Below, piece after piece: positions 49,361 through 59,802 of a stretch of DNA of 64,000 nucleotides. Origin of the DNA: Cyanophora paradoxa CCMP329 (lineage: Eukaryota; Plantae; Glaucophyta); contig QPMI01000607.1 of assembly GCA_004431415.1 (NCBI GenBank), forward strand, positions 1-64,000. Direction: 5' to 3'. Numbering within the stretch: the stretch's first letter is position 1; the number at the start of each line of letters is the position of its first letter. The position numbers and the translations under genes are program-made. Under the pieces are notes generated by a model. That model searched no databases, was not told where the DNA came from, and saw only the letters and a list, made by a program, of their open reading frames with translations.

Positions 49361-50779
49361 TTACCGAAAGTGGGAACCCCATAGCATATGATACATCCCA
49401 GAGTTATTAGCATTATTTATATTCTCACATACAAACATTCTATTTACACCCTCATATTTGATAAATGACCATGTTATATCATCTTGCGATGTCGCAACAT
49501 TGAAAGTCTTAATAAACGCAGTTGTTATACCTGAACCATATGCAATTATAGAAGCGACCTCAAATGTATATGGGAAGGCTATTTGCAAATATTCAGTAGG
49601 CGTTTCCCATACTCCGTTAATTGCGGATGCATTCGCTTCCCATCCAGTTAATGATGGGCGGGCTTTAAATGCCTCTTTTCCGAATTTTGCAGAAGAAGCG
49701 GTAAACGCATTATCTGATAGAAGATACCAGTTAGCATCGATAGGAGGTATGTTATTAAGGGTGGATGATACATAGGATCTTACAGGGTTCTTAATCTCAT
49801 AGTTTGTAACAAGTAACTCACAGAGTCGATCTATCATGGCGTCGTTTGCTTGTATATACGTTTCAGTCGCCGCGATCATGTCTGGAATCTTAGAAGTATC
49901 ATCGAGGGAGTTTAAGATATCTTTCGGAAGCGGCACAGAGATACGGTAGTATCGCGCGTATCCTTGGTCATCATTATATGGTAAAAACTCTTGCATCTTT
50001 TCAAGAGCCGATAATTCACTTGCAGCCATTAGCATATTGATTAATGGACTCCCTGAGGTGGAAGCAATCCATGAAAGAATACCCCAGGTATTCACACTTT
50101 CGTAAGAGTAACCCACATTTGGTGCGTCGGTTTCGTTAACCTCACCACATGATATGCTAATAACTATAATATCGTCATCGTTATCATAAATCTTTTTTGC
50201 GTGACTATAACCACAAACACTTGGGTTATTGTTACCTGATATAGCACCATCAATTAGACACATGCCGTTGTAATCGACAGGAGCAAAATATGTAGGAGCG
50301 GCGGAAGTAGAACGTGCCGCTATTTTACTTGGTATAGTCTTGTAATCATTATCATTTGCTATGAAAATTGGTTTCATGCTTACAGTGTCGAACGTCGTAA
50401 TAACCACATCTTTTAGTGAATCTTTTATGAGAGCTTCCCCAGTCACAGAGAAAATAGCGGTTTCTAATGGTGATACATCATATTTAGTATTGAAAAGTGC
50501 ATTCTCTATGATATTCCGCGGATTCGCAAAGATGAGAGGAAGATGATATAGGTAAGTATTGTGAAGGTCGGTAGCTGTTAATTTAGGTTCATCGGGAAAT
50601 TCGGGATTTTTCACATTGAGACCGATAGCGATAATACCGCCTGTGGACGTTCCACTTACAAGATCGACCAAATCAATAACGCGTTTACCCGTTCTTGTTT
50701 CTATTTCTTTTAACAACCTTGTTATGATAATACCACGTGCGCCGCCGCCGGACAATGCTAAAACTACGCGTAAGGGCAT
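49361..50779 (-). CDS. Patatin-like phospholipase fused to a C-terminal F5/8 type C (discoidin)-like domain
   Basis: Patatin motifs LSGGGARG, GTSTG, SAAPTYF and DGA..NNP. The C-terminal FTASS..A..AR...W...EYLQI......I...G.....KTF.V..S.D...W......F pattern fits F5/8C. Confidence 0.88.
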   Translation of the reverse strand: MPLRVVLALSGGGARGIIITRLLKEIETRTGKRVIDLVDLVSGTSTGGIIAIGLNVKNPEFPDEPKLTATDLHNTYLYHLPLIFANPRNIIENALFNTKYDVSPLETAIFSVTGEALIKDSLKDVVITTFDTVSMKPIFIANDNDYKTIPSKIAARSTSAAPTYFAPVDYNGMCLIDGAISGNNNPSVCGYSHAKKIYDNDDDIIVISISCGEVNETDAPNVGYSYESVNTWGILSWIASTSGSPLINMLMAASELSALEKMQEFLPYNDDQGYARYYRISVPLPKDILNSLDDTSKIPDMIAATETYIQANDAMIDRLCELLVTNYEIKNPVRSYVSSTLNNIPPIDANWYLLSDNAFTASSAKFGKEAFKARPSLTGWEANASAINGVWETPTEYLQIAFPYTFEVASIIAYGSGITTAFIKTFNVATSQDDITWSFIKYEGVNRMFVCENINNANNSGMYHMLWGSHFR

Positions 50780-50828
50780 CTTTACTTTATTGAAATTTAA
50801 TAAATCTCTATTATTAGAGTAACCAGGG

Positions 50829-53800
50829 ATGAGTTTCAATTATCCAGCAAATTTACAAACCATAACAGGTAGTGGTAAAGGAAACACTAAACATGTTAAC
50901 TTTGATAATATCACCATTAAAGGGTCGGCGTCAATTGATCAGAGCGCCGATAAACCCAGTAAGACGCATCCCAGAATTCATGCTTTAACAGTGAATCAAA
51001 CAGACCCAGAAAAAGAAGATGTAAGTATAGCTTTCAGTTTGGGGAATGTAAAAAAAAACGCGGTTGCGGAGATCAAGGCAACAAGAAGGAGACCACGGAA
51101 ACTTAAAGCAAGTGGAACGCATCCCGATATTCCCACACGTTATGATAGCGGACGTTTGGTTTTTAATGTCCAGGATGAGAAGGGAGTTCATCGTAGCGGT
51201 TTGAGAATCTATAATGAAGGATCAAATGCGATTACACAAATCCCTCAGATATTACAGGTAGCCCCACATGGTGAAGAGAATCAGATTCGCTACACCAATA
51301 ATATTTACCCACAGGACATTGTCACCAATTCAAACACTAATGCACTGTTTGGTTTCACTCTTCCACCGGATACTTCCAAAGAAAAAGATTCGATCACTGT
51401 CGACAGTAGTCCCAGTCAACCAGTAGCTATACATTTACATCCCGATCTTGTCGAAATGGATCGGCATTTACTACCTTTGGTAACCAATACGAAAGACCTT
51501 GGTATTAGAACCCGACAATGGCGAAATATTCATGGTAGTAATGTTTATGCAAATGGGGAACGGCTCGTTAGTGAGAAAACCATAAGAGAGATCATAGAGC
51601 ATTACGGACCTACTCCGGTTCCCTTTCCACTTCCATGGGATCCACCAGATCTTACACCAAAGAAACAACCAGGAAGAGAATACACAGCGGATGAAACGGT
51701 TGCGTTTGGGCAGCATTTTGTTAGTTGGGAAAAAGTCCATAATAAACCAGTTTTTAAAGATTACAAACCGCCCGCTGAGGAACTCTTAGCACCAGATATT
51801 AATGTTATACCTCTCGAACATAAAGAATGTGAAGACGTGGAAGAATTGCCGGATGGATTTGATCCTAACCATATGTTATATGATCGTTACGAACCTTACG
51901 ACGAACAACTTTTACCACATGGATTAAATCCACCTAACATAGATTACGAACAGCCGCATATACCAGATGAAGAGTTATTACCAGATGGATTACAGCCGGG
52001 ATTTTTCGATTTTACCGTAGATTGGAGGGATATTATTAACAAACCCGACACATTCCCACCAGATCCCCACGAACACGAATGGGAAGACATTTTAAACAAA
52101 CCGGAAAGATTCCCACCGACAGAGCATAGGCACGATTGGGAAGATTTAGATAACATACCTACTGAATTTCCACCAGCAGATCATAGGCATAATTGGGACG
52201 AAATCGATGAGCAACCTACTTTCGCATCCGCAGGAAATGTATTAACAGATTTCCAACATGGCGTAAGTCTTTATAGAAATATTAACATAGAAGAAAGATT
52301 ACAATTAAATGACCACTACCTTAATCGCATGGGAATAGAGGCAGGCACAGGAATGGAAGCCGAATTATACATTAGACCACCCAGAAGAGAAGGCATTTTA
52401 CCAATTAGTGGTAATTTTGGTCTGTATGAGACGAAACCCGGAATTTATTTAACAAGCTACTATCCTGAGGATATCGAGATGACAAATGTATTACCTCCGC
52501 TACCGTCACTTCCATTAGATCCAAATAGTTGCGATAACAAAGACGCAGCAATACAAATTAATGTAACAGATGTTAGCGACTTTGACCAATCGAGACCCAA
52601 ATTAGTATTTAGTCGGCAGCGTCTTTTACCTAATACTTTTATAGGAGATCGAGATGATTATAGAAGATGTGAGGTAGCATGGATAAAAACAAATTATAAT
52701 GGCGGAGTTGGTGAAGGTTTATTAGAAATCAATCAAAGAGCAAGCGCCAAAAATATACACAATGAAGATATTTCAAGAGTGGTAACGGAAGATTATTTAG
52801 AAGAACAGGGATACATTGATGAAGGCGAACTTACTAATATTCTTTCACTATTCGTGATAAAAAATGATACAAACCTTACAGTCACAAGTAACATTTATAC
52901 AAGTAACATTTCAGCAAGTAACATATGGGCAAGTAACATATGGACAAGTAACATATGGGCAAGTAATATTTATGGAAGTAACATTTACACCAGTAACCTT
53001 TGGGCAAGTAATCTTTATTCCAGCAACTTAGTCGTCGATTATTTGACTGTGAATATAGAAGCAAACCTACCACATCATCCCACTTCTAATGTTGTTTTAG
53101 ATTGGATAGCAAACCACACCCATACCAAAGATGAGATCGAGGATTTTGCCCATAGGCACATGTGGAGCGAAATAGATGACCAGCCTAAGTTTGCATCAGC
53201 AGGTGATGTATTCGACACCACACATGGTGTTACTCTCTATCAAAGTAATACCATACCAGAGAGATTAAGATTAGATGAATATTATGTGAATCGAAAAGGA
53301 ATAGATGCAGGCACCACAATGGAAGGCGAATTATACATTAGACCCCCCACAAGAATGCAGATGATTGCAGCAGGCGGAAATTTCGGTTTGATGGACACCA
53401 AACCAGGTATCTATCTGACAAGCTACTATGCTGATGACATCCCAATGACAGATAGTTTAATATTATCGCTTCCATCTGATCCAGCAAACTATGATGACAA
53501 AGATGCAGCAATCCAAATTAATGTTACTGATGTAAGTGACTTAGATAGTTCAAGACCCAAATTAATATTCACCAGAGAGAGATTGTTACCAAATGCTCTT
53601 ATTGGAAATCGAGATGACTACAAGAGATGCGAGATATCATGGATAAAAACAAATTATAATGATGGAGTTGGTGAGGGTCTCTTAGAAATCAATCAGAGAG
53701 CCTCAGCGAAAAACATCCACAATGAAACAATTTCAAGAATTGTTACAGAAGATTACCTACAAGCCCAGAACTACATAGATGAAACAGAACTTGATACAAT

Positions 53801-55019
53801 CATTGCAGGTATAAATATTGGTGTAACAGGTGATTACCTTCCGCTAACAGGTGGGATTATTGATGGAACAGTAACGGCATGTAACTTTTTTGTCCATACT
53901 GAATGTAATCAAACCTTCCCTGTGGTTCATCCAGGAGGTGAGTATGTGATACCTGACGATCCAGCTATTATGCCTATAAAGATTGATCTACCATCTGATT
54001 ATGTAGGAAGGGGAGAGCTAAAAACCATTTCTTTCACAGGAGACTACAATGATCTAATTAATAAACCCACCGCAGCAAATCTACATCCTGTTGCATTTTC
54101 AGGTAGTTTCCTCGACCTTAATAATAGATCACACACCCATACAAAGGCAGAAATCACAGATTTTGCACACACTCACACCAAATCCCAAATCACAGATTTT
54201 GCACACACCCATACCCGAGCAGATATTACTAATTTCGCTCACACTCATGTTAAATCAGAGATATTAGATCTCGGAAATGTTGCTTATGTAGGTCACACCC
54301 ACACTAAGGCAGAGATTACAGATCTTGGAAATGTTGCGTATGTAGGTCACACCCACACAAAGGCAGAGATTACAGATTTTGCACACACTCATGATTGGAA
54401 TACAGATATTTATAACAAACCAGCGATTTTTTCGGGCAACTACAATGACCTGACCAATAAACCAACTCTTGATCCATTCACAGCTACCACCATCAGAGCG
54501 AACAACACAATGTATGTAGGATCAGGTCAGATTGTAGAACCAGCAGGACCTATGTTTGAAGAAACATGGTTCTTCCACAATTCGCAAAATTACTTTGATA
54601 AGACCTTACTTGTTCGTGGAAATGCCTATGCAAGAAACTTTTATGCTATGAACCCTTCAAATAATCAGACTATCAGTAGATGCATTACAGAAGCGGATCT
54701 ATCCAGTCAACTCAATGCGTATTTTAATGGGAAAATAAAAGCAGGAAAGTATGTTTACACTACTCCTGTTTTGAACTACAATAATTTATATGTGTTCAAT
54801 CTTACCATCTATTTCAGTAGTGCCTTTGCTTCTCCTCCTGTTGTGACAGCAACAGTAAGGCATGAAGGACAGGCAAATGCTACAACACCAGTCATATTTA
54901 CTGTGAACCTGTTAAATGTTTACAGTGACTATTTCACATGTGAACTTTTCACTGATCCATATGCAATGGACAATACAGCCAAAACTGTAACAATCCATTA
55001 CATTGCTGTCGCAATTTAA
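50829..55019 (+). CDS. 1396-aa fibre/spike-like structural protein with phage tail-fibre-type repeats
   Basis: H.H.W..I..KP and HTHTKAEITDF repeats, FSGNYNDLTNKP motifs, and (T/A)SNI(W/Y) pentapeptide repeats. ~200-aa internal duplication. C-terminal F...F..PP.V domain (H-type lectin/gp53-like). Confidence 0.8.
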   Translation: MSFNYPANLQTITGSGKGNTKHVNFDNITIKGSASIDQSADKPSKTHPRIHALTVNQTDPEKEDVSIAFSLGNVKKNAVAEIKATRRRPRKLKASGTHPDIPTRYDSGRLVFNVQDEKGVHRSGLRIYNEGSNAITQIPQILQVAPHGEENQIRYTNNIYPQDIVTNSNTNALFGFTLPPDTSKEKDSITVDSSPSQPVAIHLHPDLVEMDRHLLPLVTNTKDLGIRTRQWRNIHGSNVYANGERLVSEKTIREIIEHYGPTPVPFPLPWDPPDLTPKKQPGREYTADETVAFGQHFVSWEKVHNKPVFKDYKPPAEELLAPDINVIPLEHKECEDVEELPDGFDPNHMLYDRYEPYDEQLLPHGLNPPNIDYEQPHIPDEELLPDGLQPGFFDFTVDWRDIINKPDTFPPDPHEHEWEDILNKPERFPPTEHRHDWEDLDNIPTEFPPADHRHNWDEIDEQPTFASAGNVLTDFQHGVSLYRNINIEERLQLNDHYLNRMGIEAGTGMEAELYIRPPRREGILPISGNFGLYETKPGIYLTSYYPEDIEMTNVLPPLPSLPLDPNSCDNKDAAIQINVTDVSDFDQSRPKLVFSRQRLLPNTFIGDRDDYRRCEVAWIKTNYNGGVGEGLLEINQRASAKNIHNEDISRVVTEDYLEEQGYIDEGELTNILSLFVIKNDTNLTVTSNIYTSNISASNIWASNIWTSNIWASNIYGSNIYTSNLWASNLYSSNLVVDYLTVNIEANLPHHPTSNVVLDWIANHTHTKDEIEDFAHRHMWSEIDDQPKFASAGDVFDTTHGVTLYQSNTIPERLRLDEYYVNRKGIDAGTTMEGELYIRPPTRMQMIAAGGNFGLMDTKPGIYLTSYYADDIPMTDSLILSLPSDPANYDDKDAAIQINVTDVSDLDSSRPKLIFTRERLLPNALIGNRDDYKRCEISWIKTNYNDGVGEGLLEINQRASAKNIHNETISRIVTEDYLQAQNYIDETELDTIIAGINIGVTGDYLPLTGGIIDGTVTACNFFVHTECNQTFPVVHPGGEYVIPDDPAIMPIKIDLPSDYVGRGELKTISFTGDYNDLINKPTAANLHPVAFSGSFLDLNNRSHTHTKAEITDFAHTHTKSQITDFAHTHTRADITNFAHTHVKSEILDLGNVAYVGHTHTKAEITDLGNVAYVGHTHTKAEITDFAHTHDWNTDIYNKPAIFSGNYNDLTNKPTLDPFTATTIRANNTMYVGSGQIVEPAGPMFEETWFFHNSQNYFDKTLLVRGNAYARNFYAMNPSNNQTISRCITEADLSSQLNAYFNGKIKAGKYVYTTPVLNYNNLYVFNLTIYFSSAFASPPVVTATVRHEGQANATTPVIFTVNLLNVYSDYFTCELFTDPYAMDNTAKTVTIHYIAVAI

Positions 55020-55038
55020 CTATTTCGTAATTATAAAG

Positions 55039-56108
55039 ATGACCTCTCTATTAGAAATCCCAAACTATGAACTCGCCGCAAAATCACTTCACAGCACCTC
55101 TCATGGAGTAGTTGATTCAACCCCTGGGTATATTTCCACAGAAACTTCAAGCAATACCTCTTTCACAGAGAATAGTATACTCAGAGTCAAAGAAATTCGA
55201 TGTGATCGAAATGGAGGCAAGATTAGAACCACAGGCATTATAATCTCGAATAAAAATCAAGTTCAAGCAGGGCAGGTAGTCCCCGATTCAGCAATATATG
55301 ATAATGTGGGTGGATTCACCACAGCAAAGATAGTTACTTTTGATAACACAAGTAATAACTCGGCTCTTGTGGTCAAGAGTGGAGGGGCATACATTGGTGA
55401 TGGAGCAATTGTGGTGGCGACTGTCATAGCAAATCAATTTAATGTGAATGGAACAAGTTCATTTACAGGATTGATGACCTTCAATGGTGGACTCTCGGGA
55501 ACTGTTAGCGTTGAAACTCGAAAAGCAACCACAAGAGTTCAAACACCTGAGATAGACAATGGGACAAATGTGAATATGAATTACAAACGAAACGGAAATA
55601 CCATTTTCACTCTCGAAAAGACAATAACAGATCTGAATGTAATCACAATCCCGGAAAATAGTGGTCTGAAACGAACCTATTGCCCAAGAATGAATATATC
55701 AAGACAAGCTCCTAGTTTGACAGGGACAGTAATACTTAACAATGCAACAGCATTTTCCTTTACAGGTGGAGCTTATCTTGTAAACAATGAAGGAAACTTT
55801 TCATCCACAAAATTTACAGCTCCTGTTTCCGGAGTATATAGGGTGTTCTTTGCATGCATGAGAGCTGGCACAACCTCTTATACTCATATTGCTACCAGCA
55901 TTTATTTAAATGGAAATCCTACAACCCTCCAAACAAGGGTTTCAATGCCGTCCGCGGGATTTCTAATACATTTGTAACTCCAATTTCATTTGAAGTTTTA
56001 CTTTCTCTTATTCAAGGTGACTCCTTTGATATGCGCAATAGTTCTGGTGCCACTCTTCAATTTGATATCAGATACTATCTTTCTTGTGATCTTGTTAGTG
56101 CTACATAA
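55039..56108 (+). CDS. Fibre-family paralogue 1 with C-terminal C1q/TNF-like head (frameshift ~55960)
   Basis: Shared N-domain RVKEIRCDRNGG..RTT..SGGAYIGDG; C1q signature FTAPVSGVY. Confidence 0.78.
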
Positions 56109-56130
56109 TATTATCTGTATAGTATAAAGA

Positions 56131-57149
56131 ATGTCTACACAAATTGCTGTTCCTGTTTTCTGTTATGCCGCCCCAAAAATACATCAACTGAACCATACAG
56201 TAACAGATGCAACACCTGGGTTTATTTGCACAGAAACAACAGGGGCTGATTCGTTTTCACAGAACTCTGTGATTAGATGTAAAGAAATTCGATGTGATCG
56301 CAATGGGGAAAAGTGAGAACCACAGGTCTCATTGTATCTAACAAGAACCAAGTCCAATCAGGTCAAATTGTTTCAGATACAGCAATTTATGACAATGTGG
56401 GAGGGTTCACCACACCCAAAATAGTTACTTTTGATAATACAATTAATAATGCTGCTCTTTCAGTTAGAAGTGGAGGGGCATATATTGGAGATGGGGCAAG
56501 GATTGATGGAACTCTAACAGCCAATCAAGTGAACATTACAGGAACAAGCACATTTACAGGTTCAGTAACAGCCCATGGAGGCATAAGTATTCCAGAAACA
56601 ACACAATCGATAATAACAGCAACTTCCAAGGTGGTTACACCTGAGATCGATACAGGAGCAAATGTGAATCTTGTTTTGAAACGCAACAGTGATATTGTGG
56701 CTACTCTGGAAACCAATCGCTTGACAATTAATACAAATTGTTATTTAAAATATGACTATCAGCCTCGATTTTCTGTTCAACTTAATTATCCTCATGTTGC
56801 TACCAGTGAAACTGCACTTATCAATTGGGAGTAGTGTTTCTGAATAATAGGGATGGATTCAATGTGACTAATGGAAGGTTCACAGCTCCTGTTGCGGGTC
56901 ATTACAGATTTACAGCATATACCCACTCAACATCAAGTAATCCAATAAGTCTCTCTTTAAAAGTAAATGACCAAGACCCAGGGGTCAAAGTATTATAACA
57001 CAAAATAACTCCACTCTCACGAATAAACCGCTTTACATTAGTGTAATTCTCAACATTGCTATGGGTGAGTATGTAACACTTGTAACAAATAATGGGGTAG
57101 CTACACAAATCGAACAACATTCACAGGTGAGCTTCTCAGTCTCACATAA
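56131..57149 (+). CDS. Fibre-family paralogue 2 with C1q-like head (several frameshifts)
   Basis: Closely similar to paralogue 1. After the frameshift at ~56830 it reads GRFTAPVAGHYRF and ends FTGELLSLT*. Confidence 0.72.
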
Positions 57150-57170
57150 TTTTCTCTCTATAAAATAGGA

Positions 57171-57437
57171 ATGTCGAATATATACCAAGTGGCTCTCTCA
57201 GATATTGAAAAGTTGGGAATGGAATATTGCGCTGCTTCTGTTCAGGATTGGATTGATAATGTTGTTCATAACAGGGCAAGAATCGCAATCGATGATATTG
57301 TTCAAAAAGAAATTCAATCTTGCATCTCATCAGGAGTTCAGATACCAACCTCTAAGGAAGCGATTGTATTACAGGCATTCCAAAGGGGAACTGTAAAGAA
57401 AGGCATCGAGTATAACAATGTCACAGAAGAGCAATGA
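57171..57437 (+). CDS. 88-aa hypothetical protein resembling small phage tail-fibre-associated proteins
   Basis: Clean ORF. QDWIDNVVHNRARIAIDDIV..GVQIP..E.IV..AF.RG resembles marine-phage hypotheticals, from recall only. Confidence 0.65.
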   Translation: MSNIYQVALSDIEKLGMEYCAASVQDWIDNVVHNRARIAIDDIVQKEIQSCISSGVQIPTSKEAIVLQAFQRGTVKKGIEYNNVTEEQ

Positions 57438-57472
57438 ACATTATTTTTCTTTCCTTCTTAGTAAAAGAAGCA

Positions 57473-58314
57473 ATGGGTGAATATAATCGTGTGCAATTAC
57501 CTGTTTACGCATTGGGATCGCCCGCGGTTCACTTTCGACAACATGAGGTAGCCGACGAAATCCGCGGTGTGGAATCGACGGAACGCGCTAATTCCGCGAA
57601 TGCATTCGATAAAAACAGCATGATACGTGTTAAAGAACTACGAGCCGACAAGAATTCGGGAGTGGTTAAAACGACTCAACTTCTTGTAACAAATGCGAAT
57701 TTTAACGCGGGTATTGGGCAACCTGACGCATGGGTGTGGATATTAGAACGTTAGATTTTGACGGAGAACGTGCCGCCGCTGTTGTCCGATCAGGAGGCGC
57801 TGTTATTGGCGGCGGTTGTCGTGTGTCGGGTATGCTTGCATCCTCCGTTGCCGTTACCGATATTCCCGATACTCTACCTGAGCATGCGGACAATCCGCAA
57901 CGTATCCGTATGTATACTCCGTGTGGAGACTATCCGTATGTGTTTGGAATGGTCAGAGTTGGGGTAGATAACGTAAATGCAACACAACCCGATGGAATTA
58001 TGGGAAATTGGTTACTACCAAATATTGCTATTCCTAAATCTATTGAGTCTATATGTCGTTCACAAAATGGTATTATCGGACCGGCTTATACTTTCTTTGT
58101 TCAGGGAATCGGACGCGGTAGAGGTTGGGTGGAATTTGATAACCAGAACCCCGCAACGTTCAATGTTTGGACAACAGAAGTAGGAGGTTACGATATTCTC
58201 ATTTTCGGAATGCGAACAGATCCAGCGGCTGTGGCGGCTACACGTGGTCTCAATCCCGATAACAACCTAAATAACTTCTACGATGATCCGTTCCCAGGTG
58301 ATCCCACACCATAA
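57473..58314 (+). CDS. Fibre-family paralogue 3 (frameshift ~57735), different C-terminal head
   Basis: RVKELRADKNSGVVKTT..LVTNANFNA, RSGGAVIGGG, RIRMYTP. Confidence 0.72.
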
Positions 58315-58333
58315 TTATGTTTTAATATATTAA

Positions 58334-59179
58334 ATGGCGGCACCCGCACCTCCTGAGCGTATTTTAACAGCGCAACTTTCATTAGCCGCGCCGGCAAATC
58401 ACGTATTACAACATGCCGTTATCGATAATGTCGATGGTTTAGAATCTACCGAACTTGCACCTACTCTTAATACTTTTGGTGATACACACAAATTGCGACT
58501 GAAAGAGTTAAGATGTGATAAAAACAATGGCATCGTGAAAACTACGAAACTCCTTGTAACAAATGCAAACTTTAACGCTTTTTATGGAGATCCCGATAGT
58601 TACAATGATGATAACAAGGTAACAAACTTTGCTTATGAATCGAGAAACGGAGCAATTAAATGTAGATCGGGAGGCGCTTACATTGGTGATGGTCTCCGAG
58701 TTGGTGGTATCGTGGGAGCGCCTCTTTTGGTTAATGATCAGCCAAACCCCGATGATGAGAACACACGAATTAGGACATATTGCCCAGGTATGAATGAGCC
58801 TTACCTTATTAAGATTTATACGATTATTATTAGTTTACAAACAGCGGTAGCCGATGTATTAGAACCCTTAGGAAATCATTATAGATATAGAGACACGATA
58901 CCAGAGGACATTTACGCATTATGTAGAAGAACCGACGGAGCAAGACCACGCCTTACGATACATATTATCCCCATAGATAATTTCGGTCAGGCGTTCCACT
59001 CAATACCTCTTTTAGATACGCAAGATAACCAATTTATAATAAGAGCTACACAACTCGGAAATTATAGAGTTATTATGTATGCCGAAAGAAACGACGCAAT
59101 CGCAACAGCTAACCGATTCGGTCAATATCTAAACACCAATCTATACAATCCCGTCGGCGGTAGCGATCCGCTACCATAA
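58334..59179 (+). CDS. Fibre-family paralogue 4 (intact, 281 aa)
   Basis: RLKELRCDKNNGIVKTT..LVTNANFNA, RSGGAYIGDG, RIRTYCP. Confidence 0.8.
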   Translation: MAAPAPPERILTAQLSLAAPANHVLQHAVIDNVDGLESTELAPTLNTFGDTHKLRLKELRCDKNNGIVKTTKLLVTNANFNAFYGDPDSYNDDNKVTNFAYESRNGAIKCRSGGAYIGDGLRVGGIVGAPLLVNDQPNPDDENTRIRTYCPGMNEPYLIKIYTIIISLQTAVADVLEPLGNHYRYRDTIPEDIYALCRRTDGARPRLTIHIIPIDNFGQAFHSIPLLDTQDNQFIIRATQLGNYRVIMYAERNDAIATANRFGQYLNTNLYNPVGGSDPLP

Positions 59180-59199
59180 ATCTAAGGTATATATAGGGA

Positions 59200-59472
59200 A
59201 TGGATGAAAAAACAAGAAAGTTTATAGATACCGCTATGTCAGTCCATGGTAAGGATAAATTTGATTATACCGACACTGTTTATAAGAAAGCACAAGAAAA
59301 GGTATCTGTGAGATGCCTACAATGTAATAAAACGTTCCAAACCTACGGATTTAACCATATTAAGGGGTCAGGTTGCCGACAGTGTTCTAAGAAACACTCT
59401 CACGCATACAGAAAAAGGACAACATGGGGAATAGTCATAGAAGAGAAACCCATTATGTTGTATTTTGATTAA
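59200..59472 (+). CDS. Small zinc-ribbon protein (DUF723-like module seen in viral/phage endonucleases)
   Basis: KFI..A..VHG.DKFDY..T.Y.....KV...CxxC...F......H..G.GCxxC. Confidence 0.7.
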   Translation: MDEKTRKFIDTAMSVHGKDKFDYTDTVYKKAQEKVSVRCLQCNKTFQTYGFNHIKGSGCRQCSKKHSHAYRKRTTWGIVIEEKPIMLYFD

Positions 59473-59802
59473 ATTTTAGACATACAAATAAGAATTTTTC
59501 CACATTTACCTTTGGTGATTATACGAGTATCAAAGCAATTCGGACACGTCTTATGATAATGGATCATTATGATATCGACAAGTTCATACGGGAATACTTT
59601 CGCTAAGATGGTGCGCATCCTACTTAATCTCTGATATATTTATAATGGACGACCCAGTATGGAAAGAGAACCCCATACCTAATTTCTACGAAATTGACCC
59701 AAAAGATCCATTTCAAAAATGTATATGGTTATTACATATCCTCCGAGGTATATTACTTTTAGGAGACCGAAAAAATAAAAAGAGAAGTATAGATACAGTG
59801 TA

